Positions 1 through 14,100 of a stretch of 64,000 nt of DNA are shown here, one piece after another (position 1 is the first letter of the stretch; each line of letters opens with the position of its first letter). Made by a program: the position numbers and the translations under genes. This DNA comes from Amphiscolops sp. MND2022. Lineage: Eukaryota. The stretch is from assembly GCA_964187785.1 (NCBI GenBank), contig OZ076409.1, positions 86,926,001-86,990,000 of the forward strand, read 5' to 3'. Below the pieces are notes generated by a model. The model did no database searches and was not told the DNA's origin. It saw only the letters and a list, made by a program, of their open reading frames with translations.

Positions 1-213
1 AATTTCATAGATGTCGACAAAAAGTCCCCTGTTTGGCATTTTGATTTTCTGTAACCACTGGATGCTAAAAAAGCCCCAAAGTGTCCTCTCTTTTGCGCTT
101 TTCGGCACTATGAGACTGTTTCAAAATTGTAAATTCTCCTGAGCATATTTTGAAAACTTTGAGCTTTTTGAGCCTTATCCATAGCGCCGACTTCAGACGC
201 TCTCGTCTGGTTT
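1..213 (+). mobile_element. 3' end of Helentron/DINE-like non-autonomous repeat
   Basis: Family terminal motif ttgagcctt..gcgccgactt..gacgctctcgtctggtt, shared with 19880-19925, 20352-20394 and 45100-45142. Confidence 0.6.
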
Positions 214-1204
214 TTACTAAACAAAACTCTGTTCATAGATTCACGACGTGTTGACAGCGGATTGTCATTGTGACAGAAACGCAGCGACTGATTTTAATTA
301 AGTAGTTCGCGCACGAAACTGAAACTTACGGTATATTTTAGGGATACCAAAAACAATTAACTTCAAAATTTTTGCCTATAAATTACCATAAATTCAAGCG
401 CTCACCCTTAAATAGTAATTTAATGAACATTGAAATAAAATTTTGTCAAATTTTGAAATCAAATAATTTCGGTAGGCTCAACTGCATGTATGGGATACAG
501 ACTGTTTTAATGACTTGAATTCCGAATCGTTTGTTAGAAACATTTCAGCCGAGCAATGATGAATCTTTGGTTCCTGCCTATGTAAATAGAAAAGTATAAA
601 AAACTGAGTTCATTTTTCATTTTTTGTGAATAATTTTCCTTGTTGAACTTTTTCACCAACTAATTTTTTCACATGGAATGATTCACTTTTAGTGGAAGAA
701 AAAAAGTTTATCTATGTTTTTGAAAAAGTTTGGAAATGATTTAAGGAAGCTTATATAGATACTCAAATTCCTGCCACTGAGAAACAAGTTTGTTACATCA
801 ATCAGTTACAACTGCACAATAAAAACCTGAATTTCTTTTCCATAATTCATTACAACATTTGCTATTTGTGCAACTGGAACTGATGTTTAAACATATTACA
901 AATCCATGCTTTCTAACGGTCCCAAAGCATCTTGAAGCTCGGAATCATAAGTTCAATTTTCTCGGAAACATCTTCGAAGTGGACTCATTTGAATTAATTG
1001 GTTCAATCTCTCCGTACAAAAAGTGCTCAAATTATACTAGTTGAATGATTACGACCATCTCAGTTTTTATCAACTAGCTAACCAGATTATTTAAGTGAGC
1101 TTCACTTTCTAAAAACGGAAACAAGTTTGCCAATTAAAAAAACTTTTTCAAACTGAAAAACGTTATAGTCCTGTTTTTGTTCTGTTTCAGTGGTGGCATT
1201 ACTA

Positions 1205-3326
1205 ATGGATGACTTCACAGATTTCGGGACTGACTATGGGCAGAGAGAACCTCTGACTCGTCGTATCAGGAACTTACTGAAGGATTACCCGGATGGGTTG
1301 CCTGTTCCAAAAGAACTCATTCAAAATGCAGACGACGCCCAAGCTTCGGAGTGTTGTCTCCTTCTAGACTTGAGACAACACAGTACCGATAACTTGATCA
1401 ATGCCAAAATCAAAGGTTTTCAAGGGCCCGCTATGGTGTTCTGGAACAACCAAACTTTCTCCCCGGCAGACTTCCAGAACTTGTGTGAGTTTGGCGGTGA
1501 AACTAAACTGGAAGACCGCAAAAAGGTTGGCAAGTTTGGACTCGGTTTCAACTCCGTGTACAACTTGACAGACTTGCCCCAGTTCGTGAGTGGAGAGCAT
1601 TTTTGTGTTTTGGATCCTCATGAAAAATATTTCAATGGAAAAAGAGGGAAAATGTTCAAATTGAATGAAAGCATCCCAGAGTCAACGCAATCTGTAGCAG
1701 AAAAAATTGAAGGACAATTGAAGCCTTTCGATAATCTTTTTGGGTTCCTAACAGAACGAGCGTCAAGAGGTTTGAAGTACGAAGGAACAATCTTCAGATT
1801 TCCATTGAGAACTGAGGAGAACGCCTCTGTGAGTGACATATGCAAGAACCCATATACAACTGAAGAAGCATTAATGTTGATTGAAATGACAAAAGAACAT
1901 GCAAACTTGTTTCTTCTTTTCTGTCAATTTGTGAACAAATTCCGACTTGCTGTGTGGTACGAAGGTGAAACACAGTTTCAATCCTTGTCCATGTACGAGA
2001 GAACGTTTAGAAATGGTTCATCTAACTGCGCCCAGGTTCTTTTCGGTGACCAAGATTGTTTCAGTAGGTCTTTCCAAGTTTCCATTCACGATCAGATAGC
2101 GGGAACGGAGGCACCATGAGATATTTTTGTCGAATCTCCCGGAGACAAGTCATCGGATGGTACTCGAAGTATAGGAGCTATTGCCTTCCCATCTGTAGAT
2201 TTGGATTTGATGACCAACACGAAGAGCAAGTTGCTTTTCTGTTTTCTGCCTCTCCCAATGCCCCCCGAGACAGGACTGCCTTTCCTCGTGAACGCCACAT
2301 TTGCTGTGACGTCATCTAGAAGGTACCTGGAATTTAACACAATGGACGACAAATCTAGAGGTGCAAAAAGCAACAACGGAGCCTGGAACCGAGCTTTGAT
2401 TGAAAAGGCAGTAGTTCCCGCGCTTTGTGCGGCTGTCTTAGACAAAAGCAGGACGCATCAACCGGAGACCCTCTGCAACTTGTTTCCAATTTCCAGTCTC
2501 ATCGCAGATCCTCTTATGGAAAACCTTATTAGCTCATTCTATACTAAACTAACCCAGGATTCGAACATGAAGGTATTTCTGAGCAAGAAATTTGAAACTT
2601 ACCACGCCTTTGGAGAAAATGACACTTTCATTTTTAGTGAATTTATTCCACTGGACATACAGGACGCACTAATTCAATGCTCATTCGTCTTGGCTACCAA
2701 TCAGAAATGGTTGCAAGTTGCTCCGCGTGTGCTATCCGCTTTGAGAGCATTCAGTGCGCAACTCTGTGGTCAGAAAGTTAAAACAATAGAATTCTTCTTG
2801 AATGAACTGATGCCCAGAATTGATCAAATCCTTAACAGTGGGTCAATTTATATTGACAATGCCTACAAAGTTCTTTTGTATGCTTTGGAAAATTATCCCA
2901 TGAACGGTGAAGTGAAAAAGTGTCTATCACGGTATGCTTGGATTATTACTGCGAATTTCGGTGTCAGCAATAATTCAAATTTAAACCTAAAGACGCCGTG
3001 TGAATTGGTTCGAACTGATGGAACAGCAGCTTCGCTTCTATCTTTCACCAACGAATTTTTCCCATCTGAAGTTGTTTCATTGCAACCTGTTCATTTCGAA
3101 ACTCTGTGCCAGCCTTCCTTTGGCATGTTCTCAAATTGTCTCCCTCTCGCAGCTATCAAAGCCATTGTGTACCATTTGAACAATCCGTTTTTCTCTATTT
3201 CGGATTACAGAGCGACATTTTCACAGTTTGCCACTCATCTGAATGATCAGCAGCTTTACTACCGACAAAGACTACACGAACTGGAAGCAGCTTTGAACAA
3301 CTTGAAAATACTCACTGATAACCCAG
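1205..3326 (+). CDS. Sacsin-like protein, coding exon 1 (first GHKL/Hsp90-like repeat); contains in-frame TGA at 2117-2119
   Basis: Sacsin-repeat motifs YGQREPLT, KELIQNADDA, GKFGLGFNSVYNLTD, GTIFRFPLRT, FCFLPLP..TGLPFLVNATF. ORFs 1190-2119 and 2201-3349 are in the same frame. Acceptor tgtttcAG at 1190 before ATG 1205; donor CAG|GTGAGT at 3326/3327 (phase 1). Confidence 0.88.
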
Positions 3327-4699
3327 GTGAGTTCGTAACTGTTCAATGAATTGTAATGTACCGTTCTGTAGAACCATAACGGGACATAGACCACATTGAT
3401 TTGAATTAAAAATAAAGAAAGCGCAAAAAGGCAGAGATTACTATCTTACGACAAAAAAATAACACAGTTGGCAGAAGAAAGCAAAAAGAAAAACAGCAAC
3501 GGTTAGCAGTCAGACTTTTGTGACCTTGGGCAAGTAACTTTGAACTGACTATTGTTTGACCACTTGGCTGCAAATATGGTACCATAGCGTGCTATGTCGC
3601 GAAAGTGTCCGACAAGGCACCGATTCCGAAAAACAAAAGTGCCTATTCGGGGTTCACCTTGCGGAATTAAGGAAGAATTTCAATTGCAGTAATAATACTT
3701 GTGAAATAAATTTTCAAAATTTGGAATTTGTTTTCAAGTCCTAAAATTGGGCTTTTCAGACGTTCGCCATTTTTTAGACGTGATTCAAAATTTGCTTTTA
3801 TCAACTCTACAGGATGCGAATCATTCACTGATCAGTTTCCTTTTTTTGTAAACACAAGTGCACTATCACTGAGAATAGCTTCTGTTTACATAATGAATCA
3901 ATCCTGTATAATTGATCGATCCTGTATAATCCTGGGCGTGGTGAATTCATTGCAACCTTACAAGACCAATCGGGGAAACACTGCGACAGCAACAAATCTG
4001 TTGTAGTCTTCTGTGGATTCATTATTTGTTTTATGATACGTGGGCTTTCAAGACTTCGGGGAAGCGGAGAGAAGCATTTCTTGGATTCTTGCCCTGATAT
4101 CTGCGAAAACTGTGAAAAAACGCTAAGAGCAAAAATTTATTTGTTTACATTTGAGCTGTCAATACCAGAAAGCAAACAGAAGAATCGAGACATAAATTGA
4201 AAAACATTTTAAAAACTCAGTTTATACCAGTTAAATTATCAAAAAGAAAGGTCTGAAATTTGCTGACAAGCATTTGTAACAAAAACCAAACAAATTTTGT
4301 GTTCATTAAACAAACAGCTATTTGAATTGTTTTTCAGAAATTTTAAGTGAATATTACCAGATGTTTTTCAACGGAATGATTCTCACAACTTGTATACAGG
4401 ATTGAACAATGGTCACAGTTGATCTCCACACTGTCGGCCTCCACATCGCGGATTTGTGGAAACAAATTTTCTTCTTCCTGCTTGTAATAATATTATAATA
4501 ATATTGTTGCAAAAATAATAATAGATACAAAACATCTGCCCGTAGAAAAATAGACACTTTGGGTACACGATCAAAATATCCTGATCACTTTGGTTGTTGT
4601 GAGTATTTCGGCGTTATGTCAGAAAAAGTTACAACTCTTTTTTAATTTGGAAAATTACTGAGCTTTGATACTGATTATTCACGAACTCCGGCCTTGGAA

Positions 4700-5012
4700 C
4701 TCCGGCCTTGTCGACGAAAAAGTCGCTCAATAACGAAGAACCCAATAAGAGATTCTTCAGTCTAGAAAATTGCAGTTGCTCGGAGTAAAAAAAGCAAAAG
4801 GTTCAAAAAAGATTACTTTTTTGGTCTTGTGTAGTTCTGCGAAAATCAGATAAAAGTTGTCCATCCTGGGATTTGAATCCACTCATATGCATCCTTGCTT
4901 CACAATCGCGCGCTCATTCACTATACGACTGGAGCAACCTATAGAAACCTATAGAAGTCTGTCAGTTCGCAGGTCGTAAAGACACAATCAACGAAAGCGC
5001 CTTCTACAAAGT
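4700..5012 (-). mobile_element. Degenerate 5' part of Helentron/DINE-like repeat with B-box-like motif
   Basis: Reverse strand reads GGATTCAAATCCCAGG at 4880-4865; end motif weakly resembles the family 5' terminus. Boundaries approximate. Confidence 0.35.
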
Positions 5013-5471
5013 TTGGCCCGAAAAGGATCCAAAAACCCTCAGCACCGGCGAACTTCCATGCACACCTCTAGATGGAATGGTGATATTTTTATGGAATTAG
5101 TTTCAGTCGAAAAAGTAGACTTTGGAAAATTCGAATCATAGAAACCGATATTTCACTCCCTCTTACGTTCCAACTCGAAACCTTAGAGTAAGTACATTTT
5201 CCGTCGGCGATTTCAGAATAAGAGAGCCCGACAATTATACATTACGACGCATAACCCTACACTTTTTGAAAAGAGCGGAATTGACTGCTAACCGCATGTG
5301 GGACCGACAGGACCCGGAATCCACTGTCTTAAATGACGGATTTCAAAGACACACTTTATACCAAGTGCAGCGGAATCCGTTTGCATTTATTTCTGGATTC
5401 CGGGGACAAATCTCTTTACATTAAGTTTTTACTGGATTCTGGAGGCAAATCTTATTATATTGGACAGCAGC

Positions 5472-5625
5472 GGGAACTTTATCATCTATCTGCCTTGCTG
5501 AACTAAATTTTGTTTAGGAACCGAAATGAAACCGCATGAAGACGTTTATCACCAGGAAATACACAATCTTGTGAATTTGCCCGTGAAGTTTAAAATCACA
5601 AATTGATTCCTTCTAACAAAAAACG
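5472..5625 (+). repeat. Degenerate partial duplicate of the sacsin exon-2 acceptor and 5' end (pseudo-exon in intron 1)
   Basis: 5472-5573 resembles 6124-6225; 5576-5625 resembles 6448-6496; the intervening ~220 nt are missing. Confidence 0.85.
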
Positions 5626-5689
5626 GGTTATCTGCAAAATTTTAAATGTCTTTACCTTCAATTATTTGATTTTTGCACCAGACTCGATG

Positions 5690-6036
5690 TTAAAATTCCA
5701 AAGGGTCCCCCTTTTTCGTTTTTCGATACTATACACCCTTATATTAAGTTTTCTCAATATATATCCTCCAAAATTTTTTTCAATACTTTCCCACTTTTTG
5801 ACGTTTTATCCGAACTATAGAACTATATTGCGTTTTACTAAGGAGAGGCAGAGGTTCAAAAACAAGCGCCCCCATTTGTCCTAGCACGCTATATCCAAAT
5901 TTTGGAACGTTTTCAGAGCACGAATACACCCTTTAGATGTTTCGACTTTTTATGTGAGTTTTTTAAGAAAATCTCAAAAACTTTGCACGTTTTGAGCCTT
6001 AAGTAGAGAGCGGACTTGAGACGTTCCCGTTTTGTT
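5690..6036 (+). mobile_element. Helentron/DINE-like repeat copy (3' part)
   Basis: Internal caaagggtcccc motif and terminal ttttgagccttaag..gacttgagacgttcccgttttgtt. Confidence 0.6.
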
Positions 6037-6169
6037 TGCTATCGGTTATCTGGAGCAAGGTAACCAGTTACACTGGTACAACTCATCTTGACAACCTAAA
6101 AAAACCTTTGAAAACAAAAAATAGGGAAGTTTATCATCTATTTGCCTTGCTGAACCTAATGTTGTTTAG

Positions 6170-9100
6170 GAACCGAATTGAAACCTCATGAAGACGTTTA
6201 TCAGCAGGAAATACACATCCTTGTGTCTTGTCTGTTTTCGACCTGTGATTTCTCCCGGCTCGGAGTTCATCAAAACAGCTTCTTCAACCAAGCTCTGGTA
6301 TTATACAAAAAACCATCCTACGATGTCTTGTTGGCAAATTTGAAAGCCGTCGTTAACAACTTTGACAAAACGTTCTCTGAAAAATGTGGAACCGTTGTTA
6401 AAATTCTTTCATACATCCAAAATTTTCATCGAACCTACGTGCAATCATTTGCCCGTGAAGTTAAAAATCACACATTGATTCCTTCTAACAAAGAACCTGT
6501 TTTCTGCAACTCGTCGCAAATTTGCCTAACTCAGAATAGTCCTACGTTGAACGGCCATCTCTATGCGGTCAACACAGTTATCGCGGCGGATAGTAAGGCA
6601 TCATCTCTCTTAACTTCTTGCGGAGTACAAAAGTTTTTTTCTACTTCCAAGTACGTGGATCTTCTTAATAGTCTTACAAGTATTACCGAGGAACAAGTTA
6701 TCGAAGTGAGATCAATTCTGGAGCTCTTGAGAAACAACAGAGTCGACAGAAAGGTGAAATTTCCTGGCGTTGACGGAATCATGCATGAAGCGAATGACTT
6801 GTGCTTGAATGATTATGAATTGCAAGGGAGCTCCACTGCTTCTTTGAACAGGCAGTTGAAGTACTGTCATGCTGTGATACCACACGATCTGGCATTACAT
6901 TTTGGAATTCGTACAAAGCGGAAGATGATATTACAGAATCATACCACCTCAATTTTCAGACCATTTTGTCAATCCGAAAACTTAAGCAATCGACTGCGCA
7001 GAATCATGCAAAGTTATTCTAATGACATGGATATATTCAAAGAGCTCATTCAAAATGCAGACGATGCATGTGCATCCGAAATTCATTTTATTCTTGACTT
7101 GCGAAACTTGCCGAAAAACCGAATTTTGGACATGGGATGGGACCAGTTGATGGAGCCAGCTTTGTTGGTTTTCAATGACTCCTACTTTACGTCCGGAGAC
7201 ATTGAAGGCATCCAAAGACTGGGCGAAGGAACGAAACGGAACGCAAACTTCAAGATTGGGAAATTTGGAGTGGGTTTTAACTGCGTGTACAAACTAACTG
7301 ACTATCCCACATTTCTGACCCAAGTCGATGGACGGGGTAGCGGTAATTTATGTTTACTGGACCCTTGCTGTTTTTTAACAAACCAAGGAGGTTGTCGAAT
7401 TGAGGTCACTCCGGATCTTCGTAACAACTTTCCTGACTCTTTCTCAGGTTTCTTTGTTGGAGAGTCATGCATGAACGCTTTAGAAGGCAAAACTATGCTT
7501 AGACTACCGTTACGAAAGAGACGATCAGAACTATCTGGGCATCTACCAAATGTGGAAGACATAAAAGCCAAATTGAAACAGTTAGCCACGAAGTCCCAAC
7601 AACTTCTGATGTTCATACAAAACTTAACTTCTCTCAAAGTTTCTTTCTTGAACGAATCAAGCTTGGATACGTTTTGTGTCTGCAATAAAATAGTTGATGA
7701 TTTTACGTCTACTTTGTCCAGTTTCAAACGTCACGTTAGAGATTATGAAGATGATCTTCATACAATCAACATACCTTCAGCTGTAGATGCACTCTATGAA
7801 GTACGTATAGAGGGTAAACTCGATGGATTCGAACAAGTATCACAAAAATGGCTCATAAGTGAACAAGTTGGGTCGTCAGTTATTGCTGACCGACGTCTGA
7901 TCCACTGGCATTCCCAGAATGATTCACCTCCTCGAAGACACGGCGCAGTGGCACTTCCCATAGATTCAATTTCAGAGATCGAAAGATGCATGTTCTTCTG
8001 TTACTTGCCTATAGAAGAAACAACACACGCAGCAAACAGTGAACCCATCAAATTGCCGGTATTCGTAAATGGACAGTTTTTCCTGGGCGAATCCCGCAGA
8101 GTGATTGAGCTTAACCAGTCTGAGCAGAAAGGACTTTGGAATGCATATGTACTACAAAACATCGTGGGACCAGCATATGGTAACCTCGTTCGACATATTA
8201 TTACTCTCATGGATCAAGGTGGAATGGATTTTGGAATTCAAACGTATCTTTCAATGTTCCCTTCGTTCAACTGTGGAAACAACATAATTAGTGATCATTC
8301 TATTACTTACTTCATTTCGAAAGGCTTGCTTGAATCTCTGCAGAACATCCCCTTTGTTCCCAGCTTAGACTTGAACAATTCTCTACAAGAGTTTCTTTCA
8401 GTAAACTCCGTGTTCAACTTGACTAGACAGGAAATTTTGATGCATTCGCGACCATCAGCGTTGTTGAAACTAATTTCCCTTTCCAATCGATTGTCCATAC
8501 CTTTTACCAAAATTCCTACATCTCATTATAATCTTTGGAAGCAATGTGATGTGGAGCTGCAGGACATCGAGCCTTCTCATGTTTTGAACGTTTTGAATCA
8601 ACATGTTCGCCCTCCAGTGTCAATTCGAGAAACACCCCTTGGTGATAAGTCCACACTTCTGTGTTTGATTGACTGGGCTCATGATTGCATAATTACTCAC
8701 AACAACACAGACTCTTTGCCTATCTTTCTTTCGGCGGGCGGAACCCTGTATGATAACTCAAAGAGCACTAAGCTGTTCAGTAATGATATGAGTTTGTTGG
8801 AAGTGTTTCCCGACTTAGCCGACCAGTTACTAGATTTAGATGTTGAACGGAAACTGCGCGAACTCAACATAAGTTGTAAAATGGGCTTGAATGACTTCAT
8901 GGAGAATTTGAGGAAATTTTATCCTCTCGTTTGCAATGGTCTAACATCTGAAATCACAAGCACCATCTCTGGGATTCCTTCCACAGAAAATTTGGAACAG
9001 TGGGTTTGTCATATATGGGACTACCTATGTCAAAATGATGCAGAAACGCATCCGTTCCTGGACCAGTTGTCGATTCTTTTATGTCGAAACGTGCGGAATA

Positions 9101-12100
9101 ACCAGTTTCTGGTGCCAATCTCTAAAGGACGGATTTGCGTTTTCGCGAAACTTGACACTCTCTCAATTGGAACAGTGAAGATAGAGCTAAGTAATTACGA
9201 ATGTTTTTTTGCTCTGACTTCTTCATTGTACAATCCACGTACACGAGGCCCGAGATGTTTGTTCCTTTCCAATTTAGTGTTCACTGATCGCGATGATCCG
9301 AACTTTTTCGTACAAATCCTGAATATCATCAACGAGACACATGGTTTTGAATCTTTTTCACAAATCATGAGAAAGCAATTGAAGAACTACTTCTACACTT
9401 CGTATGACAACAGAAGTTTGCGACGTGACCCCGCCGTGATACAAACTCTGCGCTCTCTTCCGATCCATTTAATTTTGAATGGAACATATGAATCCTTGAT
9501 TGGACCTCAGCGTGTCTATTCAATTCCAGCTGACATGCCACGGGATGGTGTTTACTGTGGCCAAACTCTGGCAGACAAGTTTGTCTTGGAAGAAGCATCT
9601 CCTGGAAAGAAAGACCTGCAGAGAAAAATGGGAATTGTTTCTAAAACTTCTGCGCAATTTTATGTTGAGTTCATCATTCCGTTTTTGCTCCCGAATGGCA
9701 GTGACACCACTGTTCAAATCCACCTGGAGTATCTAGCTTCCGAATTTGATTCAAATTTGGACACATATGAGCGGGACGCGATAATTGCGGCTATTGAGCA
9801 AGTTGAATTCGTTCAAAACATTGACAATGAGAAATCCAATCTGCATAATTTGTTCGACGCAACTAATTTCTTTTACAACAAGTTCAAGCGTTCTTCAGAG
9901 CTCGTCCATTCAAAGTACACACGTCTGCTGCCCTTCTTGAGGATATGTGGCCTCAAACATATCCTAGCAAAAAACGAACTGTGGCATTTCATCAACCTTC
10001 TAGCCAGTAGGTTCATGCAGGTTCAAAGTAAAGCGGAAAATGAAGACTTTGAGATAATGGAGAAAGTTGTCAAGGAATTTGAAAAATCCGAGTATAATCA
10101 AATGGATTACAACAAGCTGAAGGTTCTTAACTTGTTCGAAACAGAAAAAAATGGCATGCAACCGTTAAACTACTGTTTCGACCACGAATTTTTAGACCTC
10201 GTTGAGCATGTTGCCCCTGTTTTGAGTCAACGATCCGCTGAAATAGTACTTAGGGTTCAATCACATGCAATCACAGTTTCATTTTTCACAAGGGGACAAC
10301 TCACAGCAAAGCGTTCCCGGGTGAAACAATTTTGGATAGACGAAAAAGGTCCCAATTTTAGCCCTTCTGTTGATTTGGTCTACCAGAATTTGACAAAATT
10401 GTGTTCCTTCCGTTCAGCAGACAAGCGAAAAATTTTTGCCTGCCTTAAATACCTGTGCGACAAAACTACTTCGATTGGACAAAACGTTAGAGAAAAACTG
10501 AGCAAATTACCGTGCATAGAAGTGGAGAATTGCGCAACAATGCTGTCACCTCGACAAGTCAGTAAAGTAATCAAATGCCGATGCCACGACTTCGAAGTTG
10601 AAGAGGTCTGTATCTTAACTGAGTATTTGGATGCACCTACTGTGCATTATCTTCAACTGTGGGATCTTTTGAAAATTTGTGGAGCTACTGACCTTTTCAA
10701 CCTTCAGCAAGTGATATATGTCTTGGAAACTTTCAAAAACGAATTCCAGGGTGAAGTTCGGAAAAACCCCAACATGTTTAGCAAGTATGCAAGTCTTGAA
10801 CTCCACTTCATTATGTTTCTGAACAATTGTAGTAACCGAGATTTACACCAATTGCACAAAACACAACCTGTTTATCTGAAAACTCGTGAAGAAAGTTTAG
10901 TGGATATACGTTCTTGTGTCTATATCGATGATGATTGCTTTTATCGAGTCATGACTTCAAAGGTAAACAATATTGAATGTTTTATTCCCAACGAAAAGAT
11001 TTTGGAGATCACCAACGTCACGAACGAAATGTCCAAGCTTCCCACATTGATGCGTCCCAAATTTTTCAGCGAAATCGCTGTTGTTTCTATAGACTCCAGC
11101 AGCTACAACGTTGAAAATTCAAGTTCCGAAGATTTTGATGTGAACGCTGTTTCCGAAAAGATGAAAAATGAACGCTTTCATGATCGTTGTGCAAGAGTTC
11201 TTCAAACCGATTTCGGGGGTTCGATCGGTCCCTTCCTGGGCTCTTTCAGGCGTAACCTCTTGAGAATTGAGAAGCAAATTACCAAGTTGAAGCAAATGAG
11301 TACAATACTATTGACGCCCGTGAAAGAACTCTTTTTAAAATGCGAAATCAAATTAGAGAATAGCATCTCATCTGATTTCATTATTGAATCTGAAAAAATT
11401 CATGTAACTGGTGAAACTCGCTCAAATATTGTGTTTGTTTACAACGAAGATCGTGAAATGAATAAAGAAGTCTCGAAACTAGTTGTGAAGCAAATTTTAC
11501 AGCTATGTGATATTCGAGAGGGATCACCAGAACAAATTGATTTGATTGAATACATTCTTTTCCACGCCAAGTCTGAGGAAGAAGAGACAATGCATCTTGT
11601 TGAAAAAGGTGTTCAGCTTCGTCCAGATCCTAAAGAAGAGAATTCGATTGCACGAAAAATGCTTATCGGCACTACTGTACCTTACTCCCATCATGCAATC
11701 ATAGAACATAATCCATTCAGAAAGTTTCGTAAGGACGACTTTGTTGCTATAAAAGTGTCCCAAGTTGGCGAAGAGGATATCTTCAATTTTGGACGATTCG
11801 TAAGTGAAGAATCTCCTCCTGATTACTCAACAGATCCGGTAACAATGGCTAGACTCAGAATTATAGTGGACAGTCGAAATAATGTGGAAATTGTAAGTGG
11901 GAGCAAAGTTTTTGGATTCAAGGAAAAACCCGATGAAGAAAGTGGTTCAATTACCTCTAATAATCAGAGCTCGAATGAGACAATGGAAGAAGATTTGGGA
12001 AAGATGTCTCAAATAATCTGGAATGCTTGCCAGAATTGCGAAGACGTTCACTCCCTTCGAAAAAATCTAAATGAAATAAACACCAGGTTGGTTGAAAGTG

Positions 12101-12570
12101 TGATGAGCAAGTATCGAAGTCCGGAAGAGCAGCAAGCTCTTACACGTTCCTTGACTCAAATGATTTCCCAAGAAATAGAAAAAGCAAGGGCCGAACAGTC
12201 ACGACAGACAAACAATAGAAACGAGGCTTCCAACGATAATCTTCGCCAGTACTCACGTTGTGAAGAAATTGTACAAAACTTTGTTGTACAACATTTTCAA
12301 CGGATGACACGAGAAATTGAAGCATTTGATAACTATCAGAGAGCACATGTCTCCACTTCGACAAGTGCTTCTAATCAACGTCCGAGACACATTCACTGCC
12401 CCATTGAAAATCTGATCAGGAATTCAGTGGCTTACAAAGGCCCACATCCTGGGTTGGCTCAACTCTGGCTCAAACAAGCATCGGAGGACCTGGAGAATCT
12501 AAACTTGCTTTGCAATGGAACAACCACCTCCCAAATCACCAATCCATGGACATTCGACATGTCAATAAAA
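6170..12570 (+). CDS. Sacsin-like protein, coding exon 2 (second GHKL repeat, long helical region, degenerate J-like segment, start of HEPN-like domain)
   Basis: 2133-aa ORF with KELIQNADDA, GKFGVGFNCVYKLTD, FFCYLPI..LPVFVNGQF and LAQLWLKQASEDL. Acceptor gtttAG|GA at 6169/6170 (phase 1, compatible with exon 1); donor AAA|GTGAGT at 12570/12571 (phase 0). Confidence 0.92.
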
Positions 12571-13477
12571 GTGAGTTAAAATAGAAAATGAGCTTGAAGT
12601 GAAATAATATATACTAGTAAATTTACGTAAACTAGGAATTTTTTAATAGATACACAAGTGATACGACACCCATTTTATTGAAACATTTGAAATTGTGAAA
12701 TTTGAACTGGATTCTTTCCAGTTTTTAACAGGCTTCTCCTGGTTGTTTCTGTCTACGAAAACGAAAGAATCGTCTAAATTTTGTTCTATACAATGAAAAC
12801 AGCGGTACTGAAATTGCCAAAAAATACTTCTTTCAAAAAAACACTTTCTAGGCTAAATCGTTTCACGAGAGAAAGTAGCTTAATAAAAAAACTAAATGAA
12901 AGAAGAACGTGCAAAGTGGGCGCCCCGTTTCTGGCTGGAAATGCGCGCAAGCTTTTGTATACACCAAAAAGCCATTTTCATAATAACTTGGATGTTCTTT
13001 GTAAAAAAACAGAAGAATTTTAGTAATGTTGAAATGTGTTGTCGGAGTCACAGAGGAGCGATGAAAACCAATAAGGCGAACTCTACGGGCGTAAAAATGT
13101 TTTCGTGGAATTATACTGTCGGAAACTCAAAACTAGAAAAATTTTCTAATATTTAATCTGAAAAGTCGCAAACTGCCGAAAACTTCCAAAAGGAACCCTT
13201 GGGTATCGGAAAATTGCGTACATCATGTGAAAACTTGAAAAATTCAAAAGGGACTTTATCCAACTGCGGCGATAAAACAAAAAATGATTTTCTTTTTAAA
13301 TTAAAAAACGACTCGACTGATCTAAAATTTTGAGAGATAGTTAATGAAGGCCATTTTGAGTTTCAAAAAAGCAACTAAAAATTAGTCTTCCGTTGCCATT
13401 GTTATGGTCAGAATTGGTTTAGCTTAGACAAAAAGGTATTAATTAACATCAAAGATCATACTCATAAACGAGATGTC

Positions 13478-14100
13478 TGTCCCCGGCTACCTGCCTCCTG
13501 TGATGAAAGTTTGTATTCAATCATATACTCTAGTTAACACGCCCTTCCTGACACAATTTCATGGAATTGAAGATCCAATGTTGGAGAAGGCTGATGAAAC
13601 AAAATTGTTTTGTATCTTGTTTTATTTCACTACTGATACACTAAATCTCAATGTGTTTAGATATTAGACATGAAATGTAAAACTGACAAGCAAATACGGA
13701 AACGGACAACCGTTTAGGGACTTACCGGCAAATTGCCGGTCACAGCTATATATTAGGAGCTCTCAGTACATTTGATTATTGTTATTGATTATGAATGTTG
13801 ATGCGCTAAAATAATTTGTCCGGATACTGCTAATTGCCTTTAAAATCCTGTACACGATGGCGGAAACCCGCACAAGGCTATTTATTTTGTAGTTCGCTAC
13901 ATATCTTTACATGTGCTATTATGCTTACGTATTTGGCCCGCCAAGGCCAACAGTCCTTGAGGACGTAGACCTATTGGCAAAAGGCCAGTTACAGCCTAAA
14001 TTGATGATAAAGTACAGGTGCTATTTGACATATTTAAATTAAACGTGATACCTACCCGACTAGGTACCCGATTATACATGGCAGAAATATCCGAAACTTA
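13478..14100 (+). mobile_element. Old, diverged LTR fragment related to element-B LTRs (in sacsin intron 2); right boundary not determined
   Basis: Begins TGT and translates as LPASCDESLYSI..HALPDTISWN*, similar to AAACDGNIYTI..IALPGTLPL* at the start of the element-B LTR. Confidence 0.45.

Noticed and set aside
3813..4006. Possible extra sacsin exon after ctctacAG
   Set aside because: Phase-compatible acceptor, but no convincing donor before the stop and no sacsin-like sequence; the direct 3326-to-6170 splice already reads well.
6561..12364. Numerous short antisense or overlapping ORFs within sacsin (and likewise within pol/env)
   Set aside because: Shadow ORFs of long coding sequences with no independent signals.
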